A stretch of 43,099 bases of DNA from assembly GCA_964514565.1 (NCBI GenBank), contig CAZERA010000004.1, forward strand, positions 62,001-105,099, given 5' to 3'. The DNA is from an uncultured Candidatus Peribacteria bacterium (GTDB lineage: Bacteria; Patescibacteriota; Gracilibacteria; RBG-16-42-10). The notes under the pieces are model-generated. The model was not told the origin of the DNA. It saw only the letters and a list, made by a program, of their open reading frames with translations, and made no database searches. This document shows positions 39,503 to 43,099 of the stretch, piece by piece (within the stretch, counting starts at the first letter, position 1; every line of letters begins with the position of its first letter). A program made the position numbers and the translations under genes.

Positions 39503-41422
39503 TTAGTTGCTGATTGTTACCATTTGCCCTTCTTGAAGAGATGCAGTGGGATTGATTACTACATTCTTCCAGTCTAATTGGTCTAAAATGCTTACCTGAT
39601 CATTTTGACTAGGTCCTAGTTTTACTACTTGTTTGCTTAGCTTGCCTTGTTTGTAGATCCAGACAAATGTTTGACCATTGTCGATCACAATCGCACTGAC
39701 TGGCACAAAGTTGTTGTGATCTGTAGGGGTTACCGTGGTGGTTTTAGTGGTGGTAGTTCTTGCCTGTACGTTGCTACCTGGTACGAAGCCAATTGGTAGT
39801 GTTTGGTCAGCTTCAAATGAACAATCTACAGGAATAGTACCTGTGGCATCACTAATAACAGCTATCTTGTCGATTGTGGCAGCAATCTCAGTTGTGTCGT
39901 TATTTAAGCTAATCATCAGCTTGTCACCTACTTTGATTTGTTCACGATCACTAGGGTTGATGCTTAAACGGATAAATTCAGGCTGGCTACCATAAATGGT
40001 CAGTAGTTCTCTTCCCACAGTCACATCTTCATTTACATTGACGGGGACATCTACAACATAACCATCCATACTTGCTAAAATATTGAGTTGGCTGAGCTGG
40101 ATCTTTGCTTGTTCTAATTGTTTATTAGCGATGGCAAGTTGCCCCTCCAAGCTATCTTTTTGGCTCTTTGCTGCTGCTTTTGCCGCTTCAATGCCCAAGC
40201 TCGCGGAAAGTTTTTGTTGCTCAATACTTTGTAATTGGCTATTGATACCTTGTTCTTGAAGTGCTGCGGCATTTTGCGCTTGCGCAATCGACATTTCTAA
40301 TACTTGTTGTTGATCCTGGCTGGCCTTGATTTGATTGTCTGGAGTGGAGAGCTGAATGTCTTTGTTGGTTGGGCCATTCTGAATTTGATTGCGGGTGGTT
40401 GATAGCTGGGTAATAGATACGGCTACTGAGCTATTGATTGTGCCACTGAGCTGTTTCCATGCATCTACCAATGGTTTTGCTGCTGCTGCGTCTACTTTGG
40501 TTACATCAACACTGATGTTTTCAATACTATCCATCAAGTCATACAGGATACCAGTAATATCGTTGATGTCACTGGGAATATGATTGTCTGAGACATCTTT
40601 GAATTCATCGAGATTATCGATAATATCTTTGATATCACTAAGGTCAGTTCTGATGGAGGTATTAGTACTAGTGCTTTTGATGCCTTCAAGCAGTGGAACT
40701 ACTGTTCCTTGTAAGCTCACTAAGAGTGATCTAGCAGTGTTTTGAATCGACAACTGCGCTAATTGTTGAGCTTGGTCGAGTGTGATATCAGCCAGGTTGC
40801 CAGATAAGTCTCGCACACTTTGCGTGCGGGTAATTGTATTTTGTAAATTATTCAAAGCTAAGTTGGCACCTTGGACTGCGTAGTTTCCTGCATTTCTCGT
40901 GAGTTCTAAGCTTTTTTGTAATTGGGTACCTGAAGCGGCTAAGGTATTGCGTTGTTGTTCAGCTTGGCGGATCGCAATATTGGTAGAGGTGGTGGCATTT
41001 TGTAAGCTAGTCTCTACATTATTTTTGCTTAGTGCTGCCTGTTCGAAAGCGATTTCTAGTGCGTGTTTACCGTCTTTACTGCCGCCCAACGTCATCAGTG
41101 GATCACCTTTTTTTACTGTCTGACCACGGTTTACAAGTATTTCTTTTACAGTAGCAGAGGTTGTGGCACTGATTTTGATGTTGCCTTCAGATACTATTTT
41201 CCCGCGCAAATTGAGTTGAATTGGTTTGGTGGAAGTAGCACTATCTTCTGTTGCTTTCAATAATTTTACACTAGGGGGAGTCGTACTACTGCCACTAGCA
41301 GTAGTTTGGTCTCGTATTGTGCTCACGGGTGTTTGAGAAGAAGCAAAATTGGGCACAATTATGATGCCTCCGACAATAATCATGGCAATCAGAACACCGA
41401 TAGCGAGAGTCATTTTTTTCAT
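39503..41422 (-). CDS. RND adaptor (membrane fusion protein) with very long coiled coil
   Basis: N-terminal TM; lipoyl halves V..GQTVKKGDPL and ASMDGYV; VPVSAI and V.LG C-terminal motifs; start set at MKKMT. Confidence 0.85.
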   Translation of the reverse strand: MKKMTLAIGVLIAMIIVGGIIIVPNFASSQTPVSTIRDQTTASGSSTTPPSVKLLKATEDSATSTKPIQLNLRGKIVSEGNIKISATTSATVKEILVNRGQTVKKGDPLMTLGGSKDGKHALEIAFEQAALSKNNVETSLQNATTSTNIAIRQAEQQRNTLAASGTQLQKSLELTRNAGNYAVQGANLALNNLQNTITRTQSVRDLSGNLADITLDQAQQLAQLSIQNTARSLLVSLQGTVVPLLEGIKSTSTNTSIRTDLSDIKDIIDNLDEFKDVSDNHIPSDINDITGILYDLMDSIENISVDVTKVDAAAAKPLVDAWKQLSGTINSSVAVSITQLSTTRNQIQNGPTNKDIQLSTPDNQIKASQDQQQVLEMSIAQAQNAAALQEQGINSQLQSIEQQKLSASLGIEAAKAAAKSQKDSLEGQLAIANKQLEQAKIQLSQLNILASMDGYVVDVPVNVNEDVTVGRELLTIYGSQPEFIRLSINPSDREQIKVGDKLMISLNNDTTEIAATIDKIAVISDATGTIPVDCSFEADQTLPIGFVPGSNVQARTTTTKTTTVTPTDHNNFVPVSAIVIDNGQTFVWIYKQGKLSKQVVKLGPSQNDQVSILDQLDWKNVVINPTASLQEGQMVTISN

Positions 41423-41574
41423 AGTACGATAGATCAAGAGATTAGATTCGGAGCGGGATTGGACGTTTTTGGTTTTAATGTTTAAATATACGCTCACTAC
41501 CTTAAAAGTCAATATGTTAAGTATCTTAATTATACTTAAATGAAGCTGAATTTGAAGCGCTAGTATAATTACTG

Positions 41575-41940
41575 CTAAATCTTTTGTTCAATGAGAAATT
41601 CGTTGCCATCCAAATCACTAAAGATCGCTTCTTGCCATCCCCATGGTTTATTTTCTGGTTGATGAACGATTGTCGCTCCGTTATTGATAGCTAAAACCAA
41701 GAAAGATGCTAGATCATCAGTCTCAAAAGAAATGCTTTTTCTACCACCAATATACAGTTTGTTCCAATTAGCAGCACGAGTTGGTGCATCTTCTTCCAGG
41801 TTGAATTCCAAACTACCAAGCACAAAAGAAGCAAATGGCGGTCTGAATTCATCAAATGTGATGCCAAATACGTTCTGATAAAAAGGTTTAGCTCTTTCCA
41901 ATGACACTACTCCAATCAGTACTGAGGATACTTTCAACAT
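41575..41940 (-). CDS. VOC/glyoxalase family protein
   Basis: AKPFYQNVFG, PWG and DLDGNEF motifs. Confidence 0.88.
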   Translation of the reverse strand: MLKVSSVLIGVVSLERAKPFYQNVFGITFDEFRPPFASFVLGSLEFNLEEDAPTRAANWNKLYIGGRKSISFETDDLASFLVLAINNGATIVHQPENKPWGWQEAIFSDLDGNEFLIEQKI

Positions 41941-42063
41941 GTGTTATTTAAATGAAGATATTTTCAATATATCTGAAAGTTTCATATCTAGTAAACTAAC
42001 TAATCTAGTAAATTTCTAACTTGGTTCCAATATTGCTATTGTTATTTTGCTTAATCTTTTTGT

Positions 42064-42621
42064 ATGTTTGAGGTAGAAGTAAAGGCGCGAATTCATAGTT
42101 CTTATCAAGATCTATTGGTGCGACTAGAGAAACTAGGAGCTGATCAAGAAAAAGCAGTCCACCAAGTTGATACCTTGTATTTATCCCGTGGCCTTACTTA
42201 CGGAGACATTGTTTGGGGTATGCCAGTGATTAGGATGCGTGATCAAGATGGTACGATATTTTTTTGTGTTAAACAAAAGCCAGCTAGCGAATCAATTGCT
42301 ATAGAGCATGAGACCGTGGTACAGAATGGTACTGAGCTTAGTAAAATTCTTGAAACACTTAACTTTGCTCCTGTTTTAGTAGTTAAGAAAAAACGCCAGG
42401 TTTATCGGCTCGGTCAGTTGAGTATTTGCGCTGATGAAGTGGAGAAGTTGGGTGTGTTTATTGAGGTTGAGCAGCTGATCACTGACGAATCACAAACAAC
42501 CCAAGTGTTGGCAAATTTGTGGCAATTTCTACAACAATTAGGTGTAAGTGACGCTGATAGAGTGACAAAAGGATACGATAGCCTCATCTACAAACTTCAG
42601 CAGGAACAAAGCAAACTATAA
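42064..42621 (+). CDS. CYTH-domain protein (class IV adenylate cyclase / triphosphate tunnel family)
   Basis: ExExK (EVEVK), QVDTLY, K.R, DEV..LG.FIEVE and C-terminal GY motifs. Confidence 0.88.
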   Translation: MFEVEVKARIHSSYQDLLVRLEKLGADQEKAVHQVDTLYLSRGLTYGDIVWGMPVIRMRDQDGTIFFCVKQKPASESIAIEHETVVQNGTELSKILETLNFAPVLVVKKKRQVYRLGQLSICADEVEKLGVFIEVEQLITDESQTTQVLANLWQFLQQLGVSDADRVTKGYDSLIYKLQQEQSKL

Positions 42622-42629
42622 CAACGGAC

Positions 42630-42812
42630 CTATTTGCCGTTCTTAGCATCCTGTCCTTTGTTGCCAGATGGTCTGCGTCCGATTTTTCTAGCTTGCTTGT
42701 GTGCATTGAGTTTTACTTGCTCATCTCGATTGCCCTGAGCAGCTTGACTAGCATGATTGCTTTTATTGATCTCCGTTTTTGAATCTTTTTGATTGAGTGA
42801 ACTCATAAACAT
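42630..42812 (-). CDS. Small hydrophilic basic hypothetical protein
   Basis: 60-aa ORF convergent on the CYTH gene. Confidence 0.45.
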   Translation of the reverse strand: MFMSSLNQKDSKTEINKSNHASQAAQGNRDEQVKLNAHKQARKIGRRPSGNKGQDAKNGK

Positions 42813-42913
42813 AAGTTAAAGATAACTTCATCTAAGCACTTTAAAGTAAAGATAGCCATTAGTTCTCAATGACGAATACTACGGAAGAGTTCAGATTAAG
42901 CAATGGATTTATC

Positions 42914-43000
42914 AATTCCTATTTCCTAGTTCCTTTTTCCTTGATCGCAGAAGATAGCTAAATGAAAATTGCTTCCTTTAGGAATGAGGGTATAGGGAAG
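42914..43000. repeat. Heptamer repeats in inverted arrangement downstream of tRNA-Pro
   Basis: aattcct atttcct agttcct ttttcct (42914-42941) and aggaatg agggtat agggaag (42980-43000). Confidence 0.5.
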
Positions 43001-43021
43001 AGACACGATCTAGCGATCGTG

Positions 43022-43098
43022 TGGTCGGGGTAGCAGGACTTGAACCTGCGACTTCCTGCTCCCAAAGCAGGCGCTCTAGCCAACTGAGCCATACCCCG
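43022..43098 (-). tRNA. tRNA-Pro (anticodon UGG)
   Basis: CGGGGTA acceptor stem, anticodon arm cctgc-tt TGG ga-gcagg, encoded CCA. Confidence 0.96.
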
Positions 43099-43099
43099 A

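Noticed and set aside
24572..43000. CRISPR array or DGR suggested by scattered repeats
   Set aside because: Units are 7-15 nt with no regular spacers; no cas gene, reverse transcriptase or TR/VR pair was seen

Overview
Mostly housekeeping chromosomal segment of a small-genome bacterium. The compact AlaRS, homodimer-type GlyRS, IleRS with an inserted domain, tRNA-Arg(UCG) and SLH proteins suggest an SLH-bearing CPR/Patescibacteria lineage (inference). The standard code is used, since UGA acts as a stop in an ATGA overlap. Core genes: uvrA (3' end), uvrC, uvrB, recO, gyrB, ileS, alaS, glyQS, rplY, pepP, a pseudouridine synthase, a D,D-carboxypeptidase and three tRNAs (Arg-UCG, Gln-UUG, Pro-UGG). 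Accessory genes: a tandem pair of APH/choline-kinase-like paralogs (one lacks the catalytic Asp), a tandem pair of ParB/Srx-like paralogs, a nonsense-inactivated REP-associated tyrosine transposase with an internal palindrome, two SLH surface proteins, an ABC-2 exporter, and an RND pump with a rearranged proton-relay signature plus a very long adaptor. Degenerate 7-nt-period repeats and long hairpins recur in intergenic spaces. I found no CRISPR array, rRNA or prophage. All family calls come from motif recognition by eye; no searches were run.
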